Shown here piece by piece: positions 28,149-28,492 of a stretch of 28,492 nt of DNA (position 1 is the stretch's first letter; every line of letters starts with the position of its first letter). The notes beneath the pieces are model-generated. The model saw nothing but the letters and a program-made list of their open reading frames with translations. It ran no database searches and was not told the origin of the DNA. Source of the stretch: Andalucia godoyi And28 (Eukaryota; Protista; Jakobida); assembly GCA_009859145.1 (NCBI GenBank), contig VRVR01000019.1, positions 1 to 28,492 on the forward strand, given 5' to 3'. The position numbers and the translations under genes were made by a program.

Positions 28149-28490
28149 TCACTCCCTTGTTTCGTGTTTGCCTGTGAGCATCGCTTCCATCTCCAGTGGA
28201 ATGCGCAACGACCCAAGGCAAAGCCGCAACACAGTAAAGAAAATGCAAGCAGCGATGAATCCGGTACTCAAAACAACACACGCAAACCACAAATTGGAGA
28301 ATGCGAAAAAGACACCAACCAACAAAGAAAGGAGAGAGGACACTCCATGCATGCTCACCACACAAGTCGCATCGTCCAGCAGCAGTTTCTTGCGCGTCAG
28401 TCGCGCCACTCCCAGAAATCCTAGGCAACCAACCAGAGATGCCAGAAGCCCGTAACCCACAGGAATAACATCCACTATTGAATAAAAATG
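28149..28490 (-). CDS. C-terminal TM helices of an ammonium transporter (Amt/Mep/Rh)-like protein, partial at the window edge
   Basis: GYGLLASLVG...KKLLLDDATCVVSMHGVSSLLSLLVGVFFA...LRIPLEME resembles the Amt DD...vHG (second pore His) and LRv..eeE motifs. Frame is open to the window end. Confidence 0.65.
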   Translation of the reverse strand, partial: HFYSIVDVIPVGYGLLASLVGCLGFLGVARLTRKKLLLDDATCVVSMHGVSSLLSLLVGVFFAFSNLWFACVVLSTGFIAACIFFTVLRLCLGSLRIPLEMEAMLTGKHETRE

Positions 28491-28492
28491 CC

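Noticed and set aside
1-28492. CRISPR arrays, rRNA/tRNA genes, transposases, viral hallmark genes
   Set aside because: None recognised; the only long tandem repeat is the telomere, plus trivial (GAT)n/(TCT)n runs.

Overview
Left end of a eukaryotic (probably protist or fungus-like) chromosome. A TTAGGG-type telomere (CCCTAA on +, 1-185) joins directly, with no subtelomeric spacer, to the middle of a UPF1/ZNFX1-like helicase - NF-X1 zinc finger - triple CbxX AAA+ gene. Behind it is a dense, intron-poor block enriched in genes with immunity/conflict-type architectures: an adenosine/AMP deaminase-family enzyme, a dynamin-like GTPase fused to a trypsin-like serine protease, a soluble Zn-finger-kinase-KEN ribonuclease (IRE1/RNase L-like), and a Roc-COR GTPase. 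The Roc-COR C-terminal domain recurs (28/68 identical residues, ungapped, hand-aligned) at the N-terminus of the divergently transcribed neighbour, and this shared domain looks like a CARD/death fold. The window also holds two convergent 7-TM paralogs resembling gustatory-receptor-like (7TMIC) channels, a decayed Cys-rich repeat gene, a coiled-coil/PH gene, and the end of an ammonium-transporter-like gene followed by a cadherin-like domain. Many genes carry single in-frame stops or frameshifts (decay, short introns or sequence error); the dynamin-protease, Roc-COR and one 7-TM gene have uninterrupted ORFs. All family calls come from motif recognition by eye; no database searches were run.
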